A program made the translations under genes and the position numbers. From Octopus vulgaris (taxonomy: Eukaryota): DNA of 64,000 nucleotides. The DNA lies in assembly GCA_951406725.2 (NCBI GenBank), contig OX597825.1:40114001-40178000 (forward strand), given 5' to 3'. Numbering within the stretch: the first letter of the stretch is position 1; the number at the start of each line of letters is the position of its first letter. Below the pieces are notes generated by a model. The model saw only the letters and a program-made list of their open reading frames with translations. It was not told where the DNA came from and searched no databases. Positions 25,345 to 39,844 of this stretch are shown here, piece by piece.

Positions 25345-27515
25345 TCACCCTTAATTGTTCTATGTACTTCTCAAAAGATTTAGTCACTGTTCCCACTACT
25401 CCTGCGATTATTGTTACGACTACCACTTTTTTAAGTGACCACAACTGCTAAAACCCCCAAGCTAATCTGTCATATCTATCGAACATTCTTTCTCCCTTAT
25501 CGCAAACCTTGTTGTCCGCTGGGAATGCTATATCTCTGATTCATCATCGTTTACTTTCTTTCTCAGTTAATACTATGTCTGGTTACCTATTCTCTTTCTC
25601 ATGGTCGCACTGAAAGATACAATCCCAAAGGATATTTGCATTATCATTTTCGATGATGCCTTCAGTTTTATGTTCATACCACATTTTGCTCTGTAAAGTC
25701 CATACATGTTGCAAAGTATCCAATGGACAATCCTTCCTGTATTGTCATTACGTCTCTTATATTCTTTCTAGGCTATTGGCGTACATTTGCTGGGAATATG
25801 CCATAAGATTACACCATTTTCTCCAAAATTCTGCACTAATACCTTTCTGATATGTTGTGTACTATGTATTTGATGTAATTAGTACTTAATGCTTGCTCTT
25901 AAGCTGCAAAGATTAGAACCTCCGTTTCCGGTTTTAAATCACTTTTAGTCATCCATAGCCATCTTTTTTCTCCATCTATCTTATCTCCAACATCCCTATA
26001 AATTTGACCATGCATTCCTTTCTTTATCCATTTATTTTCGTTTTCATTCTTTCTCATGTCCTTGTACAGTGCTTTATCTTTGCAATCTCTATCCTACGCA
26101 AGCCTGATCTTCTTACTTCGAATGACAGCGGTTCTGCGACATTGTTTACCTACCATGCTATGTTGTTTTCAATCTTATTCCGTCCATTTAATTTCGACTT
26201 AAGGATCCCTCTCAGCCTGCGCAAGTACTCCACCTTATATATTTTCTGTCATTGCTATCTGCATTAATTTATCCATTTCCCCTGTGAGGGCGCGTGGCTT
26301 AGTGGCTAGGGCATTCGGCTCATGATCGTAAGGTTGTGAGTTCGATTCCCGGCGACGCGTTGTGTCCTTGAGCAAGACACTTTATTTCACGTTGCTCCAG
26401 TCCACTCAGCTGGCAAAAATGAGTTGTACTTGTATTTCAAAGGGTCAGCCTTGTCACTCTCTGTGTCACGCTGATTATCCCCGAGAACTACGTTAAGGGT
26501 ACACGTGTCTGTGGAATGCTCAGCCATTTGCACGTTAATTTCACGAGCAAGCTGTTCCGTTGATCGTATCAGCTGGGACCCTCGTCGTCGTAACCGGCGG
26601 AGTCTTTTTAAATCCATTTCCCCTATCCCCAGTACTTATATCTTCTATGTTTCATCACCTCTCCCGAAGGTATCGCTAGCCCGTCCACATATTTGATTCT
26701 GCCTCTTTTCAAGACTAATACACCGCACTTTTTCAGTCCCAACTCCATTCTTATGTCAGCTCTGTAAGTATACACCGTAGCAACGAGAGAACTGACACGG
26801 GATTCGGCTTTACCGTAAAAATTGATGTAATCCATCAAGAATAAGTGGTTGACATGTAGTCGGCAACTTTTGAATATATGCGCAGCCTTTGCTTTCCTCA
26901 GGATCAGTGGTCGTCGTATCGTGCTGAGTAGAAAGATCAGTGGGTAAGATGCTTCTCCTAATTTCTATTCTCCCTAAACTTCTTTCATATGATGTCAGTT
27001 TCGTTCTCCACTTCGCCATCCTTTTTCCATGCAATCACTGAACATTCGATGCAATATCAAATAGGTTCATACATTCATTAATTCAAGAATGTGGGATCAT
27101 ATCGTACGCCTTACGATAATCTATCGGTGACATGATTAAGTTAGTTTTCCTCCACTTGCAGTCTCTTAGTACAGTTTTATCTACCAGGAGTTACACCTTG
27201 GTACCTCTGCACTTACGCTTGGAACACTTCTGTTCATGTAGCAGACCTCCATTTGTCACCAGATGTCTGTTACATTGACTAAGCGACTATTGCAGTCAAT
27301 AACTTCCACATAATTGGAAAACGGGATATCGGCCTGTAAATGCCTTTATTGATGCTTTTCAAGCACATGACTGTCCTACCAATTGTCAACTACTCTAGTG
27401 TTATTTGGTTGACATATAACAAGGTGTTGAGTTGTACAGATATTCGTGCATGTCATTCACCAATTCTCTTCATCCAGTAGCCTTGAATTTCATCTGCTCC
27501 CGTTGCCTTCCTTTT
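25345..27515 (-). mobile_element. Degenerate 5'-truncated R4/Dong LINE, same family as 4234-7617, interrupted by a SINE
   Basis: Long stretches are near reverse complements of 5430-7460; for example atcgtacgccttacgataatctatc vs gatagattatcgtaaggcgtacgat. Its 5' end lies ~40 bp from a (TAT)n tract. Confidence 0.88.
26284..26611 (+). mobile_element. Full-length tRNA-derived SINE (family A) with 13 bp TSD
   Basis: A box TGGCTTAGTGG and B box GTTCGATTCC. TSD atccatttcccct at 26271-26283 and 26612-26624. Confidence 0.92.
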
Positions 27516-27554
27516 ATTATAATTGGAATTTTTTTAATTTCTTTCTTTCTTTTT

Positions 27555-27572
27555 TTATTATTATTATCATCG

Positions 27573-27628
<56 letters not shown>

Positions 27629-27742
27629 GCTATCATTATTATCGTAATTGTTGTTGTTGTTATTATTATTATTATTACTATCATCATCACTATTATTATC
27701 ATTATCATTACTATTATCATTATTATTATTATTATTATTATT

Positions 27743-27773
<31 letters not shown>

Positions 27774-27815
27774 CTGTTGTTGTTATTATAATCATCATCA
27801 TCATCTTCATCGTCA
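27555..27815. repeat. (TAT/TGT/CAT)n microsatellite
   Basis: Seen directly. Confidence 0.95.
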
Positions 27816-29919
27816 TTCTTTTGACTCAGATTGTTTGGGAACAACTGGTGTCCTGCATTCGTACCTGGCTTCCTAATTGCAGACAACGGCACCATGATAC
27901 TTTAACCGGCTGTGTTTCTACTCCTAGAGTGGCATGTTTTTAAACGAATGAAAACTTTTCGGAATATAGAAAGCACTTCTAAATGGCGTTGTCTTCGTCG
28001 ACCGGTCAGCAGCAGAGAATGCTGAAAGGAGGATTTGAAGATGATACGCTCTTTCGCAGTCATCTCGTACTGTAGAGTACAGAAAATGTAATTTCAATTA
28101 CAAATAGTAGCAGCAGCATTAGTAGCAAGAACAACAGCAACAACATCAATAACAACGGTAGCTGTATCAAGAACAATGACATGCCAATCAAAGATGTTTG
28201 TAAAATTACCAGCAGTAGGATTAAATTATATACTGCTATCATTGCCAACACAACCGCCGCCATGAAACCCAAGAACAAACAATGAATGCCATGAGAAGGA
28301 GGATACCGTTAATAGTAACAGCATCGGCAGTGATAACTTTGTAAATAAAGGATTCTTTCTATAAAATTTTAGACATGCTCGATTCCACCTCACCAGAGAA
28401 TAAACATGAGTATTCCAAAGTGGGGGAGAAAAAATCAACAAGCTACAACAGGGAACAATACTCTTAGTATAGCATGTTTTGTAGACTAAACCGAGAGGGA
28501 AACCATTTTGTGTTGGCGCTTATCGACCTCAACACACAAATTGTATGGAATAGCTGTAAATCGACCCAACATCTGTTTAAGGAATAGACAGAAATGTACC
28601 AATTTGTGGCACCTGACCATAAGTTCCGTATAAACATTTTATATCTCACATGGTAACATACATCCACCGTCTTACTACACTGATAGCGGTTTACCTGCGA
28701 TGTAGAGTGATTCGACTCAAAATCGCAAACATATCCCCAGATTTCTTGCGGTTTGTGAAATGTTCGGTTTCAAAACTCGAACAAGTTGGTAAGTAAAAAT
28801 AAATGATTTCCCCGAAAAAATAGTTTCATGTTAACTTTGAACAAGTTTCTGAAAATAGAACCTATGGCACTAAAAGAAAAAAAAGAAAAAAAATCACCCT
28901 GAATGTCACTAACCTCATTCAAATGCAGGACAGGAATCAACTGCAGATGAAACTAAAATCTAGGCTATTGCGATGTCACAAGCGTGCGAATAATAATCAT
29001 TTCAACAGTTTCTACGTCAATAACAAAATTAAAGTCATAGCTGAGAGATATTCAGTATTTCCAATACGACAACTTTACCTTTACCAACAGTTTCCTCTAA
29101 AGCTTTTCCGTCTCCGCTCGGGGTCACTCATATACGGATGAGTAGTGAAGGAGTTGGTAACGAGAATTAATGAAACAACAGCCAATACAAAGAGAATGAA
29201 ATGAGACCAAAATATACTAATACAAAAGATAGCAGATACCGACAGCTGAATGAGGAGCTCTTGGTGAACAATACACCATGACTACACACGACATCAGCTA
29301 CTACAGTAACATTAATACCATCATCCCTGTCACCTTTAACAGCACAACCGCAGGCGGAAACATTACAACCACAAGCACCACCTACATTCCACACGCAAGA
29401 ATATTGAGATTAAACAGCACGACACGAACAAAACAAAAGGAATCATTAATTACACAGCTGTAAACGCAAGCAATAAAGAACTAATGGATCACATACATTG
29501 ACGTAAAAGTATGAAAAATATTAAAAATATCTCATTAACTGATATCAATCCTGCAGCATAAAAATTATCCAGGCATGACATAATATTAAAAGCATCTTTC
29601 AAACTAAACACCCCGAAAAAGAGAAGACTTCAAGGAGATAATAAATACATATATACATATCCAGGCATAAATGTATATATATGTGTTTAATCTGAATGGA
29701 AGTGATAAGAATATCACATGAAAGAATTGATACACCGAGCCAAGCCAAATGGTAGGCTACCTTAGACAGGCTCAGAATGAGGTGATTGGATATAATACAT
29801 AAATTCAGTTATTTAGGTTTAGGAATTCTCCCGGAAAATATACTGAAATTTGTTTCTAAATTAGCCTCATGGAGGTGGTGCCTATAAATTTTGCCCACAA
29901 GAACTTTCCAGGAACAGTG

Positions 29920-30070
29920 GGTGAATAAGATGGATGGGCGGAATCTCCTAGCACCTGTTTCAGTTACACAGCGTGGCACATTTAGCAAGTGTCTTGTACT
30001 ATACTCTCGAGCCGACAAACATTCATTAGTGGATTTCGTAGAAGGAGAGAGAAAGGTGCCTATCGGATGC
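29920..30070 (+). mobile_element. 5' part of SINE family C, degenerate
   Basis: gcgtggcacatttagcaagtgtcttgtactata..gccgacaa..agtggattt matches 23478-23545. Confidence 0.6.
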
Positions 30071-30579
30071 ACACACACGCACAAACACACACATTATATA
30101 TATATATATGTGTGTGTGTGTGTTCATTGGCATCTATTTCTATTCCTCCATATGTATATATAAATGTGTGTGCGTATGTGTGTGTGACAAAAGATTTCCA
30201 TACAATGGATATGACATAAAATAAAAATGATAATAAACGAGTGATGAATGAAGATACACAGTGTGTGTGTGTGTTTATTTGGCAACAAAAATAAATGACC
30301 ATCAAAAATATAACATTATCAATTCATGATTTTACATCACGAACCTTGCAAAACAAATTCATAAATAAATGTTTTTATTAGTTTTTATTAATATTATCTA
30401 ATTCAGTATTGCAATTTATGGAATTTTCTCGGAAATTTTACATATATAGTAGCTTTCAATGCAAAATCAGCCGCTCTTATATAGGTGTTTCGGAAATAAG
30501 ACTTATACACACACACACATGCATCATATATGTGGGTGTATGTATACACAAACAGACACACACACACAAACACACACAT

Positions 30580-30655
<76 letters not shown>

Positions 30656-32868
30656 ATAGATAGATAAATATAGATATAGATGAATATATGTATAATGCAT
30701 AAATGTTCAGATATGCACACGTGTGTATACGTTTGTATGTATTCCAAGTTATGCACACACACACATTTGTGTTGGACGTTTGACAAATTAGATGCGAAAA
30801 TTTCAATACATTCACTCTGAAAGCGAATATCTATTATCGACTGTAGCGTTACTTACTCCTTCCATTTCCTGGTTTGGCATTTGGATATGTACACATATTT
30901 GTATGTGAGACTGGTTATGTAAGTGACAGCTTATGTAATAGTTTGCACAATCTGAGCTTTTTCAGCTGAATGGAGCTAATATACTTGAAATCAGATCTGT
31001 AAACCTAACAATGAAACTATATAAGCTGTATCTGAAATTCATCATGTAAATCGTTAGTTTTATTATATACAGAAATCCATTGATAGGACATGTTGAAATA
31101 TTCTTACGTTGTTTGTAGAAATATTTCAACAGTAGAAAGGAGAAAGCGAAGTACATACATTTATATGCGTATTTTCTAGTGCCTGTGTGTGTGTGTGTGT
31201 GTGCGTGTGTGTGTGTGTGCGCATACATCTATATATGTATATGATTCATTTTTTTATCCGGTTGTAAGATTGTCGCAGGATCTGTCTGTATGTGAATATT
31301 TGTAACTGTATGGTGTTATTGACTAGTTCAATATCAAGAAGTCAATGTTTTCTGGTCTTCAGCGGTTTTACAGTTCATCACATTATGATGTAATTTATTG
31401 ATATTTCCTGTAATTTAATCTTTGCAGTTTTCATGTTCAGTTCGGAACATTCCATCGAATTGATTTCCTTTTTCAGTTGTTTATTCCAGTTATGGGACAT
31501 CGCAAAACAAGCGCAATTGCTTCTTTTAAACACACACTAATCGCTAAATATGTGAATATATATGCACACATGACGTACGCATATATGTAAGTTATTTTCT
31601 TTTCCATCGTATATACAGATGTAAACCAACGTATGTTGGCAGATGCACATTAGTGCATAAACAAACAATCACATTCTTTCATCTTGTACCCACGTACATG
31701 TACATATATTCTTCATCTATCTTTCTAATGCTGTATGAATGTTAAAAGAAGATAGCGACTTATTTATTGCTGTAGTTGATCAATGACCTAGCTTATTAGA
31801 TCGATAGCAATTTGTCAACATAAAATCTAGTAAGAAAACTATTCCAATAAAATTTGGTTCCCATAACTATTCCCATAAGTATTTCCATAAAATTTGGTTC
31901 TATCTTTCCATTTCAGCCTCTCATGATAGAAGTAAAAGTTATAATGCTTGTCTTCATTGATTTTGTTTTGACAATTTTGTCCTGATTATTCTATGTAATG
32001 TTCTAAAATGCATATTATTTAACAAGTTTCTTTAGTATCAAATATAGATTTTGTACCATCAGTTAAATATATATTTTAATAGAAATCAATCTTCTATAAT
32101 GTAATAAAGTCTTGCCCATATAAGCACAATTAATAAGCAGTTTTATTGTATTAAGTTTGTCCTAAAGAAAGTGCTAAGACTATTCATTAAACCCATGATT
32201 AGTATCTACAAGTTAGCATTTCCTTTGAACATGTAAAGCAGTGTACATTTCCCTCTCATCTCAAAAATTTCAAAGACAAAACCATCACCTTATGGGATAT
32301 TATTTTTTTTTACGTTGCGTTTTGTCACTATGTTCCAGTAGAATCAGATTTAAGGTTGTCTATACAACATCAAGTATAGCGGCTACGAAAAAATTCAAGT
32401 CCTGAACCATTCTGATGCAATGATATATTCACAAAGATAACATCATAGGAACGTGCTTCTAAGTACAGTGATACGTGGTCATATTTCCTGAGATGTGCTT
32501 GCAAGAAATTTGTGTTGAAGCTTCACGGCTTTTGGATACACTCGCGCATATGCATTTGAAGTTGATTCTGGCAGGAATTTAATTTATTTTAAAGCAGCGG
32601 CATCTTTGAAGTGATGATTACACGTATATTTCCTTTGGCGATGTTCGTTAAAAAGAAGATAAGTGGATTTGTATGCTGCTCATTTTTAAATGTACCAACG
32701 TGTTTCCCGTAGAATTGGATGTGGTTAACAGTATTTATATAATATTTCTGAATTCTAGCAAAATTGATTTTTCTTTCTTTTGATACGTTGTTTTTAAAAT
32801 GTGAGGAGAATATTTGAGGAACATTTTCGCAAAATGTTCTTCTTAAAGCTGAAAAAGCGACATAACCA

Positions 32869-32869
<1 letters not shown>

Positions 32870-32950
<81 letters not shown>
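32870..32950. repeat. (TA)n microsatellite
   Basis: Seen directly. Confidence 0.95.
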
Positions 32951-32954
<4 letters not shown>

Positions 32955-35900
32955 TCTTTTATTATCTCATTTTCGTACAAACACACAATCTCTATTCATA
33001 ATAAACACAACTTACTTAATCGGTAATGCGCTATTGAAGCTAACTGAAAAGTTAATTCAACAATGTGGTGAACATTTCTTTCAACCGAGTATATTATACA
33101 TCCCAAAAGATTTTATCTTCATTTGTCATCAAGTGTGGTTTTGTATATCTGATTTTAGACTACATCGATGTAGGTGTGAATACATCAGCAATTAGTTGCC
33201 CCAAATTTATTTTCTCATGAAGCTTAGCATGTGATTAATATATATGATTCTATCTGAGATATACGTCATATTTTGTTCATTAATGACGAGCATATCTAAC
33301 GTATTATGATCCTAAACGCAGTGGACGTTTTTATCTGTATTTCCCTTTAACTCTATAATGTGTAATTTGAAGTACACTGGAGGTTACAAGAAAATGCTCT
33401 TGATATCTCGATTTCGCTAGGAATTCCCTACGTGTGTAATTTGGTTCGAGCTAGTGTAGCGATTGTATGCTAAATACAGTAAGCTAATACATTCTATAGT
33501 TATCAGCTTATACCTGCACTAGCTCCGAAATTAATGTCAGCTAAAACACGAGCTAAATTATATCAAAAATAATTTAAAAAAACGAATGATCCTAGAAAGA
33601 CAATGCTAGTGTGTTGCTGGGGAAAGGAAAAGAAGATGAATGAAATTTTAGACAATTGTCCTTCTTCAAGTTAAGAAAAAATAACAGAAAAGATGAAACT
33701 TACAGAAGAGAAGCTGCAGTGTTTGGTCAGATTCCTACATTCGACAATGATCAACAAAAATTGACTTAGTTCACTTGGATAGGAATGTCACCTGGAGTTG
33801 GTGCAAGAATCCCTGAGTTAGTTGTATCAAATGAGACAGGGGAGATAAACTATCTGAAAAAAAGAGAGAGAACAGAATATGCTATAAGAAACTCAGAAAA
33901 TAAGGTGTCCGGGACACGATACGTAGTAAATAAAGTGATCAAACACGAAACTTAAAACGATCTGCAAAAAAATAGAAGAAACAATGTCCTCACAGACATC
34001 TTAATTTCGAAACAAGGTGCGATTCCACTGAAATTTCATTTTAAGTAGCTACATTTCCTAAAACCTAATGCAAATACATTTGAAGTTATCAAACAACTAA
34101 TCAATAAATTTATTCAGTAACTGTTATTTCAGTTCATTGTCAAAAGCAAGCTTGGATATTTGTTATACTATTTGCGTGTGTTTGTGGGGGCGTGTGTGTA
34201 TGTATATGCTTGCTTTCAAATATACATATATAAATATTCTCATGAAGCGCTTACGTATATATCTGCGTATACTGTGTACGCGTGTGCATTTCTATAACGT
34301 AGATGAATGTGTTATTTTGTTGAAGTCAAATACATAGAAATTGCGATTGTTTGTTATGAAATGAAATTCTCTGTATGTATGCGCTACTGAATGCGTGAAA
34401 GTATATATTTACGAATGCTATCAATTATTTAGCTGTCATTACAATCATATCTATATTCTACTTTCTTGTTGAATATTTAATATAAAAAATGAAATGTATT
34501 AAACATCGCTTCAAAATTCTATATTGCTTACCTAATATCTTTTTCTGCTTTCACCTATTGGTGATTTCTTCTCTCTGACTAGTGTACTTTCTTTGATTCT
34601 CTGTTTATTTCAGATTATTCCTTATTGTTGAAATTTATATATTACTAATAATGAGGTTAGGTTTCGGATACCTCAGTAGATAGAAGCAAAATTGACACAG
34701 ATACACGCTTATTTACTTTGATTTTTCAGAGACTTCCCAATAGATTTTGCTACCATGTTTGACAGAAAATAACGTTGAACCTGTGCCTAAAGTAGAATAA
34801 GCATACATTACTTTAAAAATATCCAAATCTAGATAAATTTTGCGTGACACTATTCCAAAATTACTTTTCCACCGCATGTGTCCAATTAACCGTGTAATAC
34901 GATATTTTATGTTTTGGATGAGCATGTTTTTAGTGCATAAAATAATTTCGTTGTGAAAGTAATGGAGTCTCAGCTGCATAGGATATACGGGAATTCATTC
35001 CTCAATCGATCCAACTTTCGCCAAAACTCTGTTAATACTCGTCTAATCTCAGTGAACACTTCTTTGCTCAGAAGTAAATTGTAAATCGTTTAGTTTTACA
35101 TAACATCTTTTTGACTATCTCGAAAATGAGATGTTCTGTGGTTTCCTCACAAGGTCAGTTACAAAAAAAGAATAAACGGATGTTTATCAAATACATGGAT
35201 GCTATTTTGTTTACAATTTTATTTACATATCTACTGCGTCCTTTCCCATATAACCCGAGAGACGAAATTTTAAACTTGATCATACGTATATCATATATGG
35301 AGAAGTGATTGTATGTTTATAGCATCCAAATCTGATACTACATCCAGGCAATACTCAAGTTTTGAAATTTAGCAGACTATTGTTAAGCCAAAGCTTCTTA
35401 CTGAGATAAATCCCTCTCATCAGTTTCGTAACAAACATAAATTGAATATACTTTGCCGTAAATAACTGCGTGAAAATAGATCCAAATTATTTCTATTTCA
35501 ACCTGAAGAGATTTCATGATAATTTGCAAACAATTTCCCTACTTAATATCTAAGTTTTCTTAGATTATTTTGTTTACAATTTGAGTACCATATATGTCAT
35601 ACATTAGTGGACTCTCCTTTCCTGTATTGGTTAACTGAAAGTGAAGTTGCATTTGCATGTGCCATGAAGAATGGCTCTACAATCATTAGCATATCTCTTA
35701 TAATCGTATTAAAAAGGAAAAACTACGTCTTTGCGCTTTGAATGATAGGATGTTTCAAAGTCTTATATCAGTATGCCATTTATTTTATTGGATACACGCA
35801 CGTTCATGCCTTAAAATTCATTACAGAACGAAACCATTTGTTATGTATCATAAGTCACACCCATATTCGGCTTTCATATATATCTTTGCACCACAACATT

Positions 35901-36959
35901 TCTTTTCTCATAATATATCGCAACAATGGCACGAACCATGAATGATCCTTGATAGAATATTCCATAAACAGTCTGCTTTGAGAAGCAAACGTTATTCAAG
36001 TCTTTTACTAATAAAGATGGTATGTTATTCTAAATGCTGAATATTATCAAGGAATAAATATATCAGCCATCACATATGACCTCCTACTCAACTTTATACT
36101 AAGAATCCCTTGCTACTCTAAAGAATAGTGCTCTGCCTATAATATTAACTACCTTCTCAATGTAAAACCTTTCCTGAGGTTCACAAACGCCATATTTCCA
36201 AACATATTTCAGTACTATACAGTGTGTCTATTCCACTCTCTTTACACTGCGATATTACAGCAATAACTACATGAATCTCTTTGTCAACCATTACATCTTA
36301 GAGATATGCAGTACAAATGTTGATGATAAAATTTGTGTTTTACGAATCACAAGTCGAATATATCTTTTGTTTTCTCTATCAAAATTAAAGCAATTTCCAT
36401 TGGGTGCACGAGCGGATTCATATTACTTTTGAAATTTATGGTATTTTATGCGAGTGTTTCTCACCATATTTTATATTCAAAGCATATTTCCGCTATTGTT
36501 TGCAAATCCTCTTCGTCCATTGCAAGAACCAATTCTCTACATCGAACGTAACTTCTGACAGCATGTCCCAATGTATGAAGCCTGCTTTATGACACGAATA
36601 CAGACAGTAATGTATAATTTCTGCCAAGTGTCATAAACATATATCTATTATATATTCATATTTAGTAATGCACGTAATAGGTAGACTGTGATTATGTTGA
36701 AACGTAGTGGTATTTCTGGTGGGTGCTGTAGTGATAATAACGGTATAGTTGTTGGCATTGGTGGATGTGGGGTGTTATTGTGATGATGGTGGTGGTGGAA
36801 TTGGTGGTGGTAGTGGCTGTGGCTGTGGTGGTGGTACTGCTGCTGCTGCTGTTGGTCGTGCTGGTGCTGGTGCTTGTTTGTGAAAATAAGGTCTTCTGTT
36901 CGCTTGAATGTATTAACTATTTTATGCTTTTATGACGTTCTCTTTCTTTCCTTACCCAG

Positions 36960-37320
36960 GAAAAGTTTTGTTATTTGAAATATTAGATGTCACCTTCATC
37001 TCACAGCATTTCACAGGTTGTGGTTTGTCAGATGGCGTTTGAAATATTTTTCCAACTTCCATGTTTCTTGCTCATTTACGTTATATGTTGCGGTTGACGT
37101 TATTGAGTTTGATTTGCTATTACATGAGGTCAGTGATAATTTTTGGTATGCTTGTTCTTTTTGTTTCCACAGCAGGTTCGGCCAACCATGCAGTAGCTGA
37201 CTCAACAACCACTGTTGCTCTATCTGCACGGTTTTGTTGTTGCTGTTATGATATTAGCAGTGATGAACGCACTTTGAAGCAGTTACAGTTTGTTATCGTC
37301 GAAGGCAGAAGCAATTGATA
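36960..37320. repeat. Old dispersed repeat related to 11880-12230
   Basis: Shares the sequence blocks listed for 11880-12230. Confidence 0.55.
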
Positions 37321-37495
37321 TAGGTAAAGTTTGTAAAATTAGAATAAACAGATAATCTGTAATTCTCTTGGTTGGTAAATTCTCAATTCGATTCAATGGG
37401 TCTCATGTAGATAATATATAATGAAGAAAGCAAAGTTATACGCATTTAAATTTCATTTCTTAAAATGCAATTTTTCATATCACATTCCAACATGT

Positions 37496-37640
37496 TTCGT
37501 TTTTGGATTTGGTTTGCAAGATTCTTTATATGAGTTCGTGTGTTGAAACATATTCTGTTGTGTCTGGGGAGAGTCATTCTCTTCCAGTGCCTTAAATAAT
37601 AAGGCACTAAAAGAGAATGACTCTCCCCAGACACAACGGA
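37496..37640. mobile_element. Short insertion ending in a 42 bp-arm inverted repeat, flanked by a 14 bp TSD-like direct repeat
   Basis: Arms 37553-37594 and 37600-37641 (3 differences, 5 nt loop). Flanks acattccaacatgt (37482-37495) and acattctaacatgt (37641-37654). Confidence 0.7.
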
Positions 37641-37867
37641 ACATTCTAACATGTGTTTTCTTTGTACATGACTTAAGGTCATCTGCTGTTATAGTCTTCT
37701 GCATTTCGAAGACTTATATTTAATCAATTGTAGTACACTTTTATATCCTAAGGTTAACAAGATTATACTGCTTTATTCAAGGTTTTCTTATACGGCTGGG
37801 TTATCTTTACCCCCACGTATTCTTCACTTGTCATATACATACATACATACGTACATACATACATACA

Positions 37868-37943
<76 letters not shown>

Positions 37944-38104
37944 ATGCTGGTATTGTTCAATTAAATGGAGTCGCATGAAACGATCGTACTGCATTACCTC
38001 TGGATATCCTTGTTGCTTAGTTTGATTTTAATCACCTTATTATAAATTGTATGGATAATACCATCCTAAATTCTGGCGCCTCAAACTAAGTAGCATCAGA
38101 ATGT

Positions 38105-38163
<59 letters not shown>

Positions 38164-38707
38164 GTATAAAAATAATTATACATATATGCATTTATATAAA
38201 TATATATTATGTATATGTATATACATGAATGGATGGATGTATGAATGTATATATATGTAAGTATATATATGTGTATGTGTTTGTGTGTGTGTACATATAT
38301 ATATATATATATAATTTCAACAATTGAGGGTAAAATTAATTAATTAATCAATTTCACCAAGTATTCAGTATGCAAAGGGACCATTTAAGGCGAATTCAAA
38401 TTATTACATTATATAAAAGGGCTTAGTAAAATAAATTACTTTGCCGCATACTGAACTCATTAGAAATAGCAGCTAAAAAAAACTTTTTTAAAACTATTTC
38501 CAATACTTAAAGGAAATCTCTCTCATATAGTGTTTGCTCAATTCAACTCACGAAAGTATGGGGGTAGAGACATTAAAAAATCAAATGCAAAGGTTATTTG
38601 AGAACGTACGTTTCAAGATTAGTCAAACTATATATATATATATATATAAATCTTTCACAACAAATATATCTATATATACATATACAACATATACACATAC
38701 ATATACA

Positions 38708-39132
38708 GGTAGTGGGTAGCGATTTCCTTCACTACTTCAGGGAGTGACGACCCTACCTAACACGAGTGCCGGGCTCAGCTGGCTCCGGCTCATAGTACTC
38801 GGTATGGGTCCCTATCGAGGGTTACGGAAGGGAGACAACCTTCAATGATATCCGGAGTGGAGCCCCGTAGGCCGTTTTGTCTTCGACTCGACACTCTTCC
38901 GGCAGCTCCTGCAACCAAGCTGGTGTCAAACGTAATGCTCTGCAATCCTTTGTACTACGTCAGCAAGGTCGAGAGAGGAATCTTGATAATTGGGCTATCC
39001 AAGATTTTCTTAGATCTAGCCCATGCCTGCGCAAAACTGGAGAGGACATGAAATGTAAAAACCAGACTGGATTAGTTTATGCGCAAGTCCATTGTCTCCC
39101 GAGACAAAAGGATGCCAACAAGAACAACAACA
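38708..39132 (+). mobile_element. Non-autonomous bipartite RTE-derived element (RTE 5' UTR fused to RTE 3' tail)
   Basis: The GC-rich 5' part (atccggagtggagcccc, ggcagctcctgcaaccaagctggtgtcaaacg, ctggagaggac) resembles RTE/AviRTE-type 5' UTRs. It ends ccattgtctcccgagacaaaaggatgccaacaagaacaacaaca, an RTE-type stem plus (CAA)n tail. Recognised from memory, not searched. Confidence 0.65.
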
Positions 39133-39844
39133 TAGTCAGTAAATGATAATTGCGGAAAAGTAGCAAACTGTAATTTGTAGAGGAGTAGAGTATTAAGATA
39201 AAGATGGACATGGCCAGTTTATGTGGATAGTGTTTTGTTAGTGAGGATATGGGTTATTTTTATTTTGCTAAGTTATTTCCTTTCCAGTCACAAATAAATA
39301 TATGATTTTAAAATTTCCCTCTGCTTAGCATCTTATATTTCTCTCTTTTTCTCTATCCCTTCCAAAACTTTTAAATTCTGTACTGCCCACTTAATATTTT
39401 TGATATTTTAAAATTTCTCTTCACCTTTTCATCCCCACCCTACAGCAGATCATTATCACTTTTCTCATCTTCTTTTCCTCCCACTCTTCACCTCTCCCTT
39501 CAACTAACCACATGTTGCTTGGCCTTAGCGTATTATTTTAATTCCAATTTCTCCCTATCTCTCACTTTTATTCTACTCCTCACTCACACCATTTCCGACT
39601 CTCTAAAGTATAAGTTAAAGCACATTGTTATATAGATTGTTGATTAGTACTGAATTATGGAATCATGTCTCGAATAGACTTTCTTACATTAATACAAACC
39701 AATGTTTTGACTACATATCAAGTTAACAATATCATTTTCCTAAATGATTTTCTTTCATGTTTCATCAGACTGAAGTTACAATTAGTCCAGAAGCACATTA
39801 TTAAATCCATAAATGCAACTGCAAAGAAGATTAAACATATTTAA

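Noticed and set aside
26284-26360. tRNA gene
   Set aside because: A and B boxes belong to a SINE head; no acceptor stem, and it continues into the SINE body with a TSD.
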